Shown here one piece after another: positions 17,911 through 28,432 of a stretch of 56,949 nt of DNA (positions within the stretch are counted from its first letter, which is position 1; each line of letters starts with the position of its first letter). A program made the translations under genes and the position numbers. The notes under the pieces were generated by a model. It did not search any database and had not been told where the DNA came from. It saw only the letters and a program-made list of their open reading frames with translations. The DNA lies in sequence record SRR31156797_8921. One strand, 5' to 3'.

Positions 17911-18921
17911 CTACTTTTTTAAAGTCAAAGCCCAAGCCTGAATATTCTTGGTTACTTCCGGGTCATAAGCCTTGTCCTGAGAAATTGCAGCAGCAGCTTT
18001 AAGCGGATCAATGGCTTCTGCAAAGGGACGCTTGGTAATCATGGCGCAGTATGAATCAACCGCGGCAATAATACGCCCCAACTGGCTGATATCACGCCCG
18101 GATTTCTTCTGAGGATAACCCTTTCCATTAAGCTTTTCATGATGCTCGATAACGCAAGCCTCAATTTCCTTATATTTAAGATCAAGCTTGGTGAGCATTT
18201 CATAACCCAGCATGGGGTGCTTATCCACTTTCTGACGTTCATCTGTGGTCAGAGGTTTAGGCTTTTCACGAATGAACAGGGGTATCTTGCTCATACCCAA
18301 ATCATGCAAGAAAAATCCGGCGGTGAGTCTGTCAAAATGATTCCGGCTGATATCACCACTGGAAAAATTCTTACCCTTCATGCGAATAAAAATAGTAAGA
18401 GCCAGCACACCGCAATTAACACTGTGCTGAGCAAGGGTGTGCTCCTTGTGCAATCTTTTGGCAAGAGCCTTGATCCTGTAAGGATCATTCCAGAGATATT
18501 CAGTGAGAACCATCAGGTCAGCCCAGAGCTTGTCGGTAACAGCCGCAACAGGCTGGTCCAGAAATTCATTCATACGCATGCTCAGAGCTTCAATAAAGAT
18601 ATCCGCAATCTCACTTTCCTTGAGATTACGGTCAATAAGCACGAGGTCCAGCTGATAAGCAATGTGCTTTACATATACGGGATGGTCCTTACGAGAAACA
18701 AAGATAAGGCCCTCTTTTACCAGTCCGGCCAGCTGCTCAATCTGCTCTTTGCTCAACCGTCCGCCAACTTTATAGTAAGATGCGATTCGCCCCACATCTT
18801 CCATGAACATAAAAATATCCAAAGGCGGCCTGAATTTGTTAAAGCTCTGAAGAATATCGGGACTGATCTGGTAATATTCCTCGTTTAAACCCTCGGGAAC
18901 ATCCATTCTACTTGCACTCAT
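17911..18921 (-). CDS. HD-GYP domain protein (cyclic di-nucleotide phosphodiesterase family)
   Basis: HSVN, LHDLGMSKIP, KHP, HHEKLNGKGYP, VDSYCAM and RP motifs. Confidence 0.9.
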   Translation of the reverse strand: MSASRMDVPEGLNEEYYQISPDILQSFNKFRPPLDIFMFMEDVGRIASYYKVGGRLSKEQIEQLAGLVKEGLIFVSRKDHPVYVKHIAYQLDLVLIDRNLKESEIADIFIEALSMRMNEFLDQPVAAVTDKLWADLMVLTEYLWNDPYRIKALAKRLHKEHTLAQHSVNCGVLALTIFIRMKGKNFSSGDISRNHFDRLTAGFFLHDLGMSKIPLFIREKPKPLTTDERQKVDKHPMLGYEMLTKLDLKYKEIEACVIEHHEKLNGKGYPQKKSGRDISQLGRIIAAVDSYCAMITKRPFAEAIDPLKAAAAISQDKAYDPEVTKNIQAWALTLKK

Positions 18922-19275
18922 ATTTGAACCTTATCCTCATCACTTATAACCAGCTGAAACAATTAAATTTAGCGTCTTGCGGTCAGAACAAAATCCAAGA
19001 TTCCCACTCCAGACTAAGTCCAACCGGACTCAAGCTATGAAAAATGGTTTAAATCTTCGTTTTCAATTGCCCTATAGCACTCATATCCATGTTCGTGAAG
19101 TCTGTGTCCGACATGTTCCATTTTTTATCTATTATTTTTAAAAAAAATGTAAACTTTTTTTCTTCATTTCTTAATTCTTTCTAAGGTCCGTATATATAAG
19201 CTTTTAGAAGTAGCTAAATCGGCTTCAGGCATTGAAAACAGCCTGTTTTCGACCCTTTTATTTCAGAAGGGGGTC

Positions 19276-19349
19276 TTGACTTTTTCGCCATTTTCACACA
19301 CAGGTGGTGAGACGGGGGGAATTGGTGGTAAATCTGTGTGATTGAGTGG
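19276..19349 (+). promoter_or_regulatory. dcw promoter region with MraZ-binding GTGG boxes
   Basis: TTGACT at 19276; GTGG/GGGG/GTGG/GTGT/GTGG at 19304, about 19315, 19325, 19336 and 19346 (10-11 bp period). Confidence 0.7.
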
Positions 19350-19357
19350 TAGAAAAA

Positions 19358-19807
19358 ATGAAGTTCAGAGGTCATGCACATAGAAGCATGGATGCCAAAG
19401 GCAGACTGATGCTTACGCCGGAGTACCGGGACCAGGTCTATTCTGATTCCCCGGAAGGCTGCGTGACCTTGACTATTTTCGAAGGAAACATAGTAGGCTT
19501 CACACCACCGGACTGGGCGGTACTTGAAGAAAAACTCACAAGTATCAAGAGTCCCAGCCGGAAGCTCAGAAATTTCATCCGAATAATCATATCAGGTTCC
19601 GAAGAAGTCAGCCTTGATAAGCAAGGCCGAATCACCATTCCTTCCTATTTGCGGAAAAGCGGTAAGCTGGACAAGGACGTGGTCCTTGCCGGTGTCGGCG
19701 ACAGATTTGAAATCTGGGACAAGCGGGAATACGAAGCCTTGCTTGAACAGGATTTTGACGATGTCTCCGATGAACTGGCTGAATGCGGAGTTGAGCTCCC
19801 GTTCTAG
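19358..19807 (+). CDS. mraZ: Division/cell wall cluster transcriptional repressor MraZ
   Basis: Two DxKGR motifs (DAKGRL, DKQGRI) and GVGDRFEIW; first gene of the dcw cluster. Confidence 0.96.
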   Translation: MKFRGHAHRSMDAKGRLMLTPEYRDQVYSDSPEGCVTLTIFEGNIVGFTPPDWAVLEEKLTSIKSPSRKLRNFIRIIISGSEEVSLDKQGRITIPSYLRKSGKLDKDVVLAGVGDRFEIWDKREYEALLEQDFDDVSDELAECGVELPF

Positions 19808-19941
19808 CCTGTTTTCGCTGTTCCACCCCACTGACACAGTCACTGATTTTTTAAACTTGATTTTCAAAACCGCCATTGGTTTGCCCCGACTCCCCCCAGA
19901 GTTAAGGCCTGAACCGTGTAACGTTTTTGGATCAGGAAATT

Positions 19942-20916
19942 ATGGAAAGCAAGAAATTAATACCTGAAGAGGTCCACACTTCCGTCCTGCTGAATGAGGT
20001 CATTGAATGGCTGGCTCCCAAACCCGGTGGCCGCTACCTTGACGGTACCCTCGGCATGGCCGGGCATTCCAGTGCAATTCTGAAAATTGCTGGAGAAGGC
20101 GCAGAACTGGCAGGTCTGGACCGCGATGAGCAGGCCCTTGAACTGGCAGGCGAACGTTTAGCCCCCTTCGGCGAACGAGCACACAGATTCCATCTTGCTT
20201 TCAGTAAGTTTGAAGCGGCCCTTGATGAACTGGGCTGGGACACTGTTGACGGAGTTGTTCTCGATCTCGGTGTATCCTCCCTGCATCTGGACCACGCTGA
20301 CCGCGGGTTCAGCTTCATCAAGGACGGTCCGCTGGATATGCGCATGGACCCGGCAGGCGGAATGCCTCCGGCTTCTTCCATTGTCAACAAAGGCTCATAC
20401 TCCGACCTGAACAGGATTCTGAAGCTGTACGGAGAAGAACCTCTGGCCTCCAAGATCACCAAGGCGATCATCGCGGCCCGGGAAGAAAAAAAAATAACAA
20501 CCACCCTGCAGCTGGCCTCCATAGTGGAAAAAGCATACCCGGCCAAACGCAGGGCTCTGTCCCGGACCCATCCGGCGACAAAAACTTTTCAGGGCTTACG
20601 CATTGCCGTGAACTCCGAACTGGAAGAGTTACAGACTTTTCTTAACCGGATTCCGGAAAGGCTCAGTCCCGGCGCAAAGGTAGCGATCATATCCTTCCAT
20701 TCATTGGAAGACCGCATCGTTAAAAAGACTTTCAAAGCCCAGTCACAAAGCTGTGACTGCCCGCCCATGCAACCCATCTGCACCTGCGGGAAAGTCAAGC
20801 TGATGAACGTGCTGACCAGAAAACCAGTTCTTCCCACCGAAGAAGAAATGAAGGTCAACACCCGCAGCCGCAGCGCAAAACTCCGCGTAGCCGAAAGGAC
20901 CGGAGAAAACGGGTAA
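19942..20916 (+). CDS. rsmH: 16S rRNA m4C1402 methyltransferase RsmH
   Basis: HTSVLL, DGTLGMAGHS, DLGVSS, PLDMRMD, SFHSLEDR and RSRSAKLR motifs. Confidence 0.97.
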   Translation: MESKKLIPEEVHTSVLLNEVIEWLAPKPGGRYLDGTLGMAGHSSAILKIAGEGAELAGLDRDEQALELAGERLAPFGERAHRFHLAFSKFEAALDELGWDTVDGVVLDLGVSSLHLDHADRGFSFIKDGPLDMRMDPAGGMPPASSIVNKGSYSDLNRILKLYGEEPLASKITKAIIAAREEKKITTTLQLASIVEKAYPAKRRALSRTHPATKTFQGLRIAVNSELEELQTFLNRIPERLSPGAKVAIISFHSLEDRIVKKTFKAQSQSCDCPPMQPICTCGKVKLMNVLTRKPVLPTEEEMKVNTRSRSAKLRVAERTGENG

Positions 20917-20922
20917 ACGGTC

Positions 20923-21210
20923 ATGAGTGATTCCAAGGGAATAGCTATGGCCCTGACCCTGACTATGGGATCAGCACTCATACTGGGGCTGGTTTCGGTC
21001 TGGCTGAACATCGAGCGAGTCGACAGAGCTTACGACCTGAGGCGTATGGAAAAAAGACTCGATGAGCAGGAAGCACTGGCTGCAAAGCTGGAAGTAGAAA
21101 AAAACAATCTTCTCTCTCCCATAAGGTTGAGGGAGCTGGCAAAAGAATACGGTTTCGGACCGGCCTCGCAAGGGCAAATAAGAAGACCCGCGAATAAGGC
21201 GAAACCATAG
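20923..21210 (+). CDS. ftsL: Cell division protein FtsL
   Basis: Small protein with a single TM and coiled coil, between rsmH and ftsI. Confidence 0.8.
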   Translation: MSDSKGIAMALTLTMGSALILGLVSVWLNIERVDRAYDLRRMEKRLDEQEALAAKLEVEKNNLLSPIRLRELAKEYGFGPASQGQIRRPANKAKP

Positions 21211-21233
21211 CTGAAAACAGGGAGCCCTAAACA

Positions 21234-23180
21234 ATGGCTAAAAGGAAAAAAGAAAGCCTGAAGGCGAGCAGAAACAAACTGCTCTTCGTCATGGTCCTTT
21301 TCGCCCTTGTCTGGACAGGTCTCTTGGGCAGGGCGGCATGGCTGCAGCTATTCAAGGGGGCTGATCTGTCACGCATGGTATCCCGCCAGCACCTTGCTGC
21401 TGAACTGGAACGCGGGGAACGCGGCTCCATTTTCGACCGTAACGGCAACCTGCTGGCAACCAGTGTAGAAGCTTCATCCGTATATATCCGCCCGGTAAAG
21501 GTTACCGATGTGGACGGAACAGCTTACAAACTTTCCAAAATTCTCGGCATCTCACAAACGAAGCTGAGAAAAAAATTATCCCGCAAGTCGAACTTCATCT
21601 GGATCAAGCGGCAGCTCAACGACCGCATTGCCCAGAAGGTCGAGCAGGCCAAATTACCGGGTGTATACCTGACTACGGAATACATCAGGCTCTATCCCAA
21701 CAACTACCTTGCAGGGCAACTGCTCGGTTTTTCCGGGATTGACGGTAACGGACTTGAAGGACTTGAAAAGGAATTTAATGACCGCCTTGCAGGACGTAAG
21801 GCGCAGTTCGTTGTGCAGCGCGATGCTTCCGGCCGCAGGCTCTACCTTGACGCCATGGGCCGTGAAATGGACGTCCGCGGCAAGGACATCCACTTGACCA
21901 TTGATTCACACCTACAGTCGGTGACTGAAAACGCACTGGCTGAATCGGTAAAGAAATACAATGGGAAAAGAGGCTCTGCAATCATAGTTGAAGTAGCTAC
22001 AGGCGATATTCTGGCCCTTGCCAATTGCCCACGCTTCAACCCAAATATTTTCCGCACCAGTTCCCCGAACATATGGAGGAACCGTGCGGCTCTCGACGTT
22101 GCCGAGCCGGGATCAACCTTCAAGCCGTTCCTCATGGCTGCGGCACTGGAACATAAGGTTGTGACCCCGGAAAAGCTCTTTGACTGTGAAAATGGACGCT
22201 GGAAAATCAATGGCAAGTACATAAAAGACACCCATAAGGAAGGGTGGCTACCGGTACACAAAATCCTGCGCTATTCCAGCAACATCGGCTGTGCGAAAAT
22301 CGGTCTGGAACTGGGAGCACAGAACTACCACAAGTTCATCTCCGATCTCGGGTTCGGAAGCAAAACCGGATTGCCTATTCCAGGAGACCGCAAAGGCCTG
22401 ATCCGCCCTGCTGCTAAATGGAACGACATTGACCTTGCTGCGGGATCATTTGGACAGGGAATCGGTGTAACCACTGTACAGATGGCAAAGGGTTATCTGA
22501 CACTGGCAAACAAAGGGCTTGAAAAACCGCTTAAGCTGGTGCAATACCCCCACTCTGAGCAAACTGAGAAGCCTAAACGTATCTTCAGAGCTGAAGTGGC
22601 AGAAGAAGTACTCTCCATGATGCGTGAGGTTGTGCAGGACGACGGAACCGGGCGCAAAGCCAGAATCAGCGGAACTACCGTTGCAGGAAAAACCGGAACC
22701 GCCCAGAAAGCACACAGTAAAGGCGGCTACGGTAAAGAATACATCGCTTCATTTGTAGCTTTGGTTCCGGGATACAACCCGGATTACATCGTCTACATGA
22801 TGGTTGACGATCCCAAACCGAACCATTACGGCAGCACCGTTGTGGCACCGGCTGTTAAAAAGATCATGACCCAGACTCTTGCCTATTACGGCAAGCTGCC
22901 TGAACACCGTAAGCCTACTCCGGTCATGGCCGCAGGGCAGACATTTACGACAATGCCTCAAAAGGCGTTGCGGGCCACCCCGGCAAAAGTCACAGTTTCC
23001 GGAGATAAGGTCCCTAATTTGAAAGGAATGCCCCTTCGCAGGGCAATTGAAATTTTGGTCCAGAAAGGATTCGTTCCCAAACTCAAAGGACAGGGGATGA
23101 CCGTAACCAAACAGCTGCCCGCCGCAGGAGCCAACTGGCCTGAGGACAAGAAAGCTGAGATGGTGCTCTGGGTTTCTTAG
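21234..23180 (+). CDS. ftsI: Peptidoglycan transpeptidase FtsI/PBP3 with PASTA domain
   Basis: RGSIFDRNG, GLEGLE, EPGSTFK, SSN and KTGT motifs; C-terminal PASTA (VPNLKG). Confidence 0.95.
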   Translation: MAKRKKESLKASRNKLLFVMVLFALVWTGLLGRAAWLQLFKGADLSRMVSRQHLAAELERGERGSIFDRNGNLLATSVEASSVYIRPVKVTDVDGTAYKLSKILGISQTKLRKKLSRKSNFIWIKRQLNDRIAQKVEQAKLPGVYLTTEYIRLYPNNYLAGQLLGFSGIDGNGLEGLEKEFNDRLAGRKAQFVVQRDASGRRLYLDAMGREMDVRGKDIHLTIDSHLQSVTENALAESVKKYNGKRGSAIIVEVATGDILALANCPRFNPNIFRTSSPNIWRNRAALDVAEPGSTFKPFLMAAALEHKVVTPEKLFDCENGRWKINGKYIKDTHKEGWLPVHKILRYSSNIGCAKIGLELGAQNYHKFISDLGFGSKTGLPIPGDRKGLIRPAAKWNDIDLAAGSFGQGIGVTTVQMAKGYLTLANKGLEKPLKLVQYPHSEQTEKPKRIFRAEVAEEVLSMMREVVQDDGTGRKARISGTTVAGKTGTAQKAHSKGGYGKEYIASFVALVPGYNPDYIVYMMVDDPKPNHYGSTVVAPAVKKIMTQTLAYYGKLPEHRKPTPVMAAGQTFTTMPQKALRATPAKVTVSGDKVPNLKGMPLRRAIEILVQKGFVPKLKGQGMTVTKQLPAAGANWPEDKKAEMVLWVS

Positions 23181-23194
23181 TTAAAGGAATATTT

Positions 23195-24655
23195 ATGTCG
23201 AAAACAGTACTGAACAAAACAAAATGGGACACACTCCTCGCCAAGGTAAGCGAAGGGCTGATGGTCCGAACAGATTCACGGGAAGTCCGCGAAGGGGATG
23301 TATTTGTCGCCATTTCCGGACCTCTGCGTGACGGTGCTGATTTCGTGCCTCAGGCACTGGAAAACGGTGCCGCCTACATAGTTTGCGAAAAAGAAATAGA
23401 AACCGGTTCCGCTGAGCTGATTCCCCACCCTTCCCCCCGTGAAGCTCTGGGAGAGCTGGCTATGACCTCTTTCAAAACCGCAGACAGCAAGATCAAGCTG
23501 GTGGGCATAACCGGAACCAATGGCAAAACAACTACCACCTATCTGATCGAACAACTGCTTTCCTCTGCCGGAATGAAAGTTGGAGTGCTCGGTACGGTCA
23601 GCTACCGCTGGCCCGGTTATGAGCAGGAAGCCCCGCTGACCACCCCCGGCTGCTGGCAGCTACATGAGATGCTCGCCAAAATGGCTGCGGCTGATGTTGA
23701 AGTGGCTGTTATGGAAGTGTCCTCTCATGCCCTGCACCAGAACCGTGTATGCGGACTGAGCTTTGATGCTGCGGTGATCACCAACGTCACTCAAGACCAC
23801 CTCGACTACCACGGGGACATGGAAGAATATTTCAAGGCCAAGTGCATGCTCTTTCAGCATTATCCCAGCGCACTCAAACGGGGCATCATCAACTTTGATG
23901 ATCCCTTCGGCAGACGTCTGCTGGAATGCTATTCCCCGGCCATCGGCTACGGTATGGACGCATCCTGTGCCACGGGCTGCAAATCCCTGTGCGGGGAAAT
24001 GGTCTCCTGTACCGGAGACGGCATGCGCCTCAAAATGACCTGTGACGGCGAGCAGTGGGAAATTGAAACCGACCTTATCGGTAAGTTCAATGGCTCCAAC
24101 CTGCTGGCAGCACAAGCCATCGGTCTGCACATGGGCCTCACTCCCAAGCAGATGGATGTATTCAAAGAGTTTGACGGTGTCCCCGGCAGGCTAGAACGGG
24201 TCCGCAACGATCAGGGACTTAATATTTTCGTGGACTATGCCCACACTCCCGATGCACTGGACAACGTCCTGCGCACCTTGAAAGACCTTGATTTCAACAG
24301 AGTCATATCCGTGTTCGGCTGTGGCGGAGACCGTGACCGGGCCAAACGTCCACTCATGGCTGAAGCTGCCTGCCGTTATTCCGATGTGGCAGTGCTGACC
24401 TCGGATAACCCGCGCACTGAAGATCCCGTGCAGATCATCGAAGACGTGCGTCCCGGACTCAAAGGCTGCGACCACATCATTGAAGAGGTGGATCGTGCCA
24501 AGGCCATCAGGGAAGCGGTTGCGGAAATGACAGCGGACGATGTGCTGCTCATCGCGGGCAAAGGGCACGAAACTTACCAGATTATCGGTACGGAAAAACG
24601 AGACTTCAGCGACAGTGAGGAAGTCTCAAAGGCTATCAAGGAGATTTACGGTTGA
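23195..24655 (+). CDS. murE: UDP-MurNAc-L-Ala-D-Glu:meso-DAP ligase MurE
   Basis: GTNGKTT, MEVSSH, DHLDYH, DYAHTPD, DNPR (DAP specificity) and GKGHE motifs. Confidence 0.97.
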   Translation: MSKTVLNKTKWDTLLAKVSEGLMVRTDSREVREGDVFVAISGPLRDGADFVPQALENGAAYIVCEKEIETGSAELIPHPSPREALGELAMTSFKTADSKIKLVGITGTNGKTTTTYLIEQLLSSAGMKVGVLGTVSYRWPGYEQEAPLTTPGCWQLHEMLAKMAAADVEVAVMEVSSHALHQNRVCGLSFDAAVITNVTQDHLDYHGDMEEYFKAKCMLFQHYPSALKRGIINFDDPFGRRLLECYSPAIGYGMDASCATGCKSLCGEMVSCTGDGMRLKMTCDGEQWEIETDLIGKFNGSNLLAAQAIGLHMGLTPKQMDVFKEFDGVPGRLERVRNDQGLNIFVDYAHTPDALDNVLRTLKDLDFNRVISVFGCGGDRDRAKRPLMAEAACRYSDVAVLTSDNPRTEDPVQIIEDVRPGLKGCDHIIEEVDRAKAIREAVAEMTADDVLLIAGKGHETYQIIGTEKRDFSDSEEVSKAIKEIYG

Positions 24656-26043
24656 AGCTGACCTTATGTGAACTCGAAGAACAGCTCATGGGGAGCAGCG
24701 ATCTACCCTCTGCGGCAGACATCGAAATCGCAGCCGTGCGTATTGACAGCAGGCTGGTGAAAAAAGGCGATGTTTTCTTCTGCATTGAAGGGGAAAATTT
24801 CGACGGCCATAACTTTGCCGAGGCAGCACTTGAAGCCGGGGCGGTTGCGGTTGTTGTTTCCCAGTTTATGCCTGAACTTGAGGGTAAGCCGGCCATTATG
24901 GTCAGAGATACCGTCCATGCCCTTGGCCGAGTCGCCGCATACTGGCGGCTGAAATCCAATGCCCGTATGATTGCCGTTACCGGATCTGCAGGAAAAACCA
25001 CGGTCAAAGAAATGCTGGCCCACGTACTTTCCGGCTACGGCTCCGTACACAAAAATTTCATGAATCTGAACAACCAGCTGGGTCTGCCCCTGTCCATGCT
25101 TGAAGCAACAGGAGAGGAGACATATTGGGTTATGGAACTGGGCATCAGCCTGCCTCACGATATGGGCGAACTTGGTCCCGTTGCACAGCCAGACATAGCC
25201 ATCGTTCACAACATCGGACCAGCACACCTTGAGGGTCTTGGTTCGCTGAAAAATGTGGCTGTTCAGAAATCATCACTTTTCAAGTACATCCGTCCCGAAG
25301 GTAAAGCCCTGTGCTGCAAAGATCACGAACTGCTCTGGAATGCTGCCAATGAAATAACTGCACCAATTGCATTTTCTTCACAGGATGAAAACGCGGAATA
25401 CTACAGCACCCTGCTGCATACTCTGCCCGACGGCTCAGGTAGATTCCTGATCAAGGCCGAGGATGAAACAGCAGAAGTCATCCTGCCTACCTGCGGTTCC
25501 CACTTTGCGGAAAACGCAGCAGCAGTGACCTGTGCCGCCCATCAACTGGGCATGGAACTGACTGAAATAGCCGAAAGACTGGCTACAGTAGAACTGCCCA
25601 AGCAGCGTTTCCACTGCCACACTCACGGCAAATGGACACTTATCGATGACTCATACAATGCCAACCCGCTGTCTATGAACCGAGCTATCGACACAGCCCT
25701 GCGCATTGCCGATGACAGACCGCTGGTACTGGTCCTCGGTGACATGCTGGAACTGGGCGAAGAGGCCGGATGCGCGCATTGTAACCTCGGCAGCAAGATT
25801 GCCGAGACCAAGCCGGACGCAACTTTTTACCACGGTATTCACTACGCAGAGGTGGCCTCCAATACAAATGGCTCCACCCTTGTTCCGGTGAACAAGCCTG
25901 CTGAATTTTTGAATGGAATACATGAACTGGGTCTCAGCGACGCGGTGGTCCTCTTTAAAGGGTCGAGGTCCTGCCGCATGGAAGATTACTTCCACGCACT
26001 GAGTAACGACATCAACGGGGAGAACGGAGGAAACAAAGCATGA
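24652..26043 (+). CDS. murF: UDP-MurNAc-tripeptide:D-Ala-D-Ala ligase MurF
   Basis: [26 protein letters not shown] and KGSR motifs; TTG start overlapping the murE stop, AGGAG SD. Confidence 0.96.
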   Translation: MKLTLCELEEQLMGSSDLPSAADIEIAAVRIDSRLVKKGDVFFCIEGENFDGHNFAEAALEAGAVAVVVSQFMPELEGKPAIMVRDTVHALGRVAAYWRLKSNARMIAVTGSAGKTTVKEMLAHVLSGYGSVHKNFMNLNNQLGLPLSMLEATGEETYWVMELGISLPHDMGELGPVAQPDIAIVHNIGPAHLEGLGSLKNVAVQKSSLFKYIRPEGKALCCKDHELLWNAANEITAPIAFSSQDENAEYYSTLLHTLPDGSGRFLIKAEDETAEVILPTCGSHFAENAAAVTCAAHQLGMELTEIAERLATVELPKQRFHCHTHGKWTLIDDSYNANPLSMNRAIDTALRIADDRPLVLVLGDMLELGEEAGCAHCNLGSKIAETKPDATFYHGIHYAEVASNTNGSTLVPVNKPAEFLNGIHELGLSDAVVLFKGSRSCRMEDYFHALSNDINGENGGNKA

Positions 26044-27119
26044 TCTATCATTTTCTAGTTCCCCTGAGTGCACAAATCGGAGCATTGAATGTATTCCGTT
26101 ACATCACTTTCCGCTCCATCTACGCCTTGCTCACCGCACTGCTGATCACCATTGTGCTCGGTCCCATGATGATGCGCTGGCTGCAGAAAATCAAATGTGG
26201 ACAGTACATTCAGGACGAAGTGGGTGAACTGCACAAATGCAAAGCCGGAACACCGACCATGGGTGGTTTACTGCTTGGATTCGGCGTGCTGGTTTCCACC
26301 CTGCTCTGGGCCGACCTGACCAATATCTACGTCTGGCTGACCATGCTGGTCTTTGCCGGATTCGGTCTGGTTGGTTTTGTGGATGACTACACCAAAATCC
26401 GCGGCAAGCAGAACAAAGGAATATCTCCCAAGGCTAAGCTTTTAGGACAATTGTTGGTAGCCGGAACAGCAGTGGGACTGCTGATCATGCAACCTGCTTA
26501 TTCCACAGAACTGGCTGTGCCGTTCTTCAAAAATTTTACCCCGGACCTTGGCTGGCTTTACCTGCCTTTCGCCCTGCTGGTCATGATCGGAGCATCCAAC
26601 GGGGTTAACTTAACAGACGGGCTGGACGGACTGGCTATCGGGCCTTCCATCACCAGTGCCACCTGTTACGCTTTTTTTATCTACATTGCCGGACACATAG
26701 GCATGGCTAGTTACCTCAACGTTCCGCATGTTCCGGGTGTAGGTGAGGTAACAGTATTCTGCGGCGCACTGGTCGGCGCGGGACTCGGTTTCCTCTGGTA
26801 CAACGCCTACCCGGCCCAGATTTTCATGGGCGATGTAGGTTCCTTAAGTATCGGCGGGGTGCTCGGTTTCATTGCCGTACTCTGCAAACAGGAGTTGCTC
26901 CTGATCATCGTCGGCGGGGTCTTTGTATTCGAAACCATCTCGGTGATCATGCAGGTCAGTTATTTCAAGGTCAGCGGCGGCAAACGAATTTTCCGCATGG
27001 CACCGCTGCACCACCATTTTGAACACAAGGGAGTCCCGGAATCAAAGATCGTGATCAGGTTCTGGATCATCTCTATTTTAATGGCTCTTATGGCCTTAAG
27101 TACCTTGAAGATCAGGTAA
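26040..27119 (+). CDS. mraY: Phospho-N-acetylmuramoyl-pentapeptide transferase MraY
   Basis: [24 protein letters not shown] and APLHHHFE motifs. Confidence 0.98.
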   Translation: MIYHFLVPLSAQIGALNVFRYITFRSIYALLTALLITIVLGPMMMRWLQKIKCGQYIQDEVGELHKCKAGTPTMGGLLLGFGVLVSTLLWADLTNIYVWLTMLVFAGFGLVGFVDDYTKIRGKQNKGISPKAKLLGQLLVAGTAVGLLIMQPAYSTELAVPFFKNFTPDLGWLYLPFALLVMIGASNGVNLTDGLDGLAIGPSITSATCYAFFIYIAGHIGMASYLNVPHVPGVGEVTVFCGALVGAGLGFLWYNAYPAQIFMGDVGSLSIGGVLGFIAVLCKQELLLIIVGGVFVFETISVIMQVSYFKVSGGKRIFRMAPLHHHFEHKGVPESKIVIRFWIISILMALMALSTLKIR

Positions 27120-27127
27120 AGGATGTT

Positions 27128-28432
27128 ATGGACAGCGCATTTGTAGAACAGGTCACCTCGACCCGCATGTTCACCGGAAGACTGGCAGTCGTTGCCGGAG
27201 CCGGAAGATCAGGTCTTGCTGCAGCAAAACTGCTGCACAAGCTCAAGGCCACCGTGCGCATTGTAGACAGCAATGAAAACCTGAGCTCTGACATCCTTGA
27301 AGGCCTTGGACCTGATGCCCAGCTCATGACTGGACCGTTCTGCAAAGAACAGTTCGCCGGAGCGGATGTAATTGTTGCCAGCCCCGGTATTCCGGCTCGC
27401 AAGATCGCACCGTTTATCGGTAACCTTCCGGAACGGGCTATCATTTCCGAGCTGGAACTGGCTTCATGGTTCGCCAACGAACCCAAGATCGCCATCACCG
27501 GAACCAACGGCAAGACAACAACCACGGCATTAATCGAGCACATTCTGGAACAATCTGGCCGCAAAGCCTTTGCCGGAGCCAACTACGGCACTCCTCTTTC
27601 CGAATTCATTTACGAAGACCGGAAAGCAGACGTACTTGTTCTTGAAGTATCCAGCTTTCAGCTCCAGAACTGCCGTCTCTTCCGCCCGCAAGCCGCAATT
27701 CTGCTTAATATCGCGCCCAACCACCTCAATTACCATGAGGACATGGACGAGTACCTTGCGGCAAAACTCAAAATTTTTGAACGCCAGAGTGAAGACGAAC
27801 TGGCTATTCTGCCTGCAGACATGAAAGACGAACTTGATCCGGTAAGCTTCACCAAAGCCGAGGTCAAATGGTTTGACGGTTCAACCTTTGAAGAGCAACC
27901 CAACCTTCCCGGCAAGCACAACTGCCTCAACATGGAAGCTGCTTGGCTGGCACTGGAAAAAATCGGGCTGACCCGCGAAGAATTCGAAGCAGGACTGAAA
28001 ACTTTCATCGGCAAGCCGCACCGCATTCAGGATATCGGATCAGTAGACGGTGTCCGCTTCATCAATGACTCTAAAGGAACCAACCTTGATGCGGTCAGAG
28101 CAGCGCTGAACAGCTTTGAAGGTCCGGTTCGTTTGCTGCTGGGCGGTGTGTTCAAGGGCGGCGACGTCAAAGAAATCATCCCGGCCATGCGCGGTAAGGT
28201 TGCCGAGGTCGGACTCTTCGGAGCAGGACGTGAATACTTCGAGCCTGCACTGAAAGACGAATTTAAAATTTCATGGCACGAAAACCTTGAGAAGGCCGTA
28301 CACTTCCTTTTTGCAAACTCAAATGCCGGAGACACCATCCTGCTTTCCCCGGCTACAGCAAGCTTTGACGCTTACACCGGATACCCTGCCAGAGGCGATG
28401 ATTTTAAACGAATCATGGAGGAACTATCTTGA
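27128..28432 (+). CDS. murD: UDP-MurNAc-L-Ala:D-Glu ligase MurD
   Basis: SPGI, TGTNGKTTT, EVSSFQL, NDSKGTN and LSPATASFD motifs. Confidence 0.97.
   Translation: MDSAFVEQVTSTRMFTGRLAVVAGAGRSGLAAAKLLHKLKATVRIVDSNENLSSDILEGLGPDAQLMTGPFCKEQFAGADVIVASPGIPARKIAPFIGNLPERAIISELELASWFANEPKIAITGTNGKTTTTALIEHILEQSGRKAFAGANYGTPLSEFIYEDRKADVLVLEVSSFQLQNCRLFRPQAAILLNIAPNHLNYHEDMDEYLAAKLKIFERQSEDELAILPADMKDELDPVSFTKAEVKWFDGSTFEEQPNLPGKHNCLNMEAAWLALEKIGLTREEFEAGLKTFIGKPHRIQDIGSVDGVRFINDSKGTNLDAVRAALNSFEGPVRLLLGGVFKGGDVKEIIPAMRGKVAEVGLFGAGREYFEPALKDEFKISWHENLEKAVHFLFANSNAGDTILLSPATASFDAYTGYPARGDDFKRIMEELS

Noticed and set aside
18139-18888. 249-aa plus-strand ORF
   Set aside because: Antisense to the well-supported HD-GYP gene and has no domain signal.
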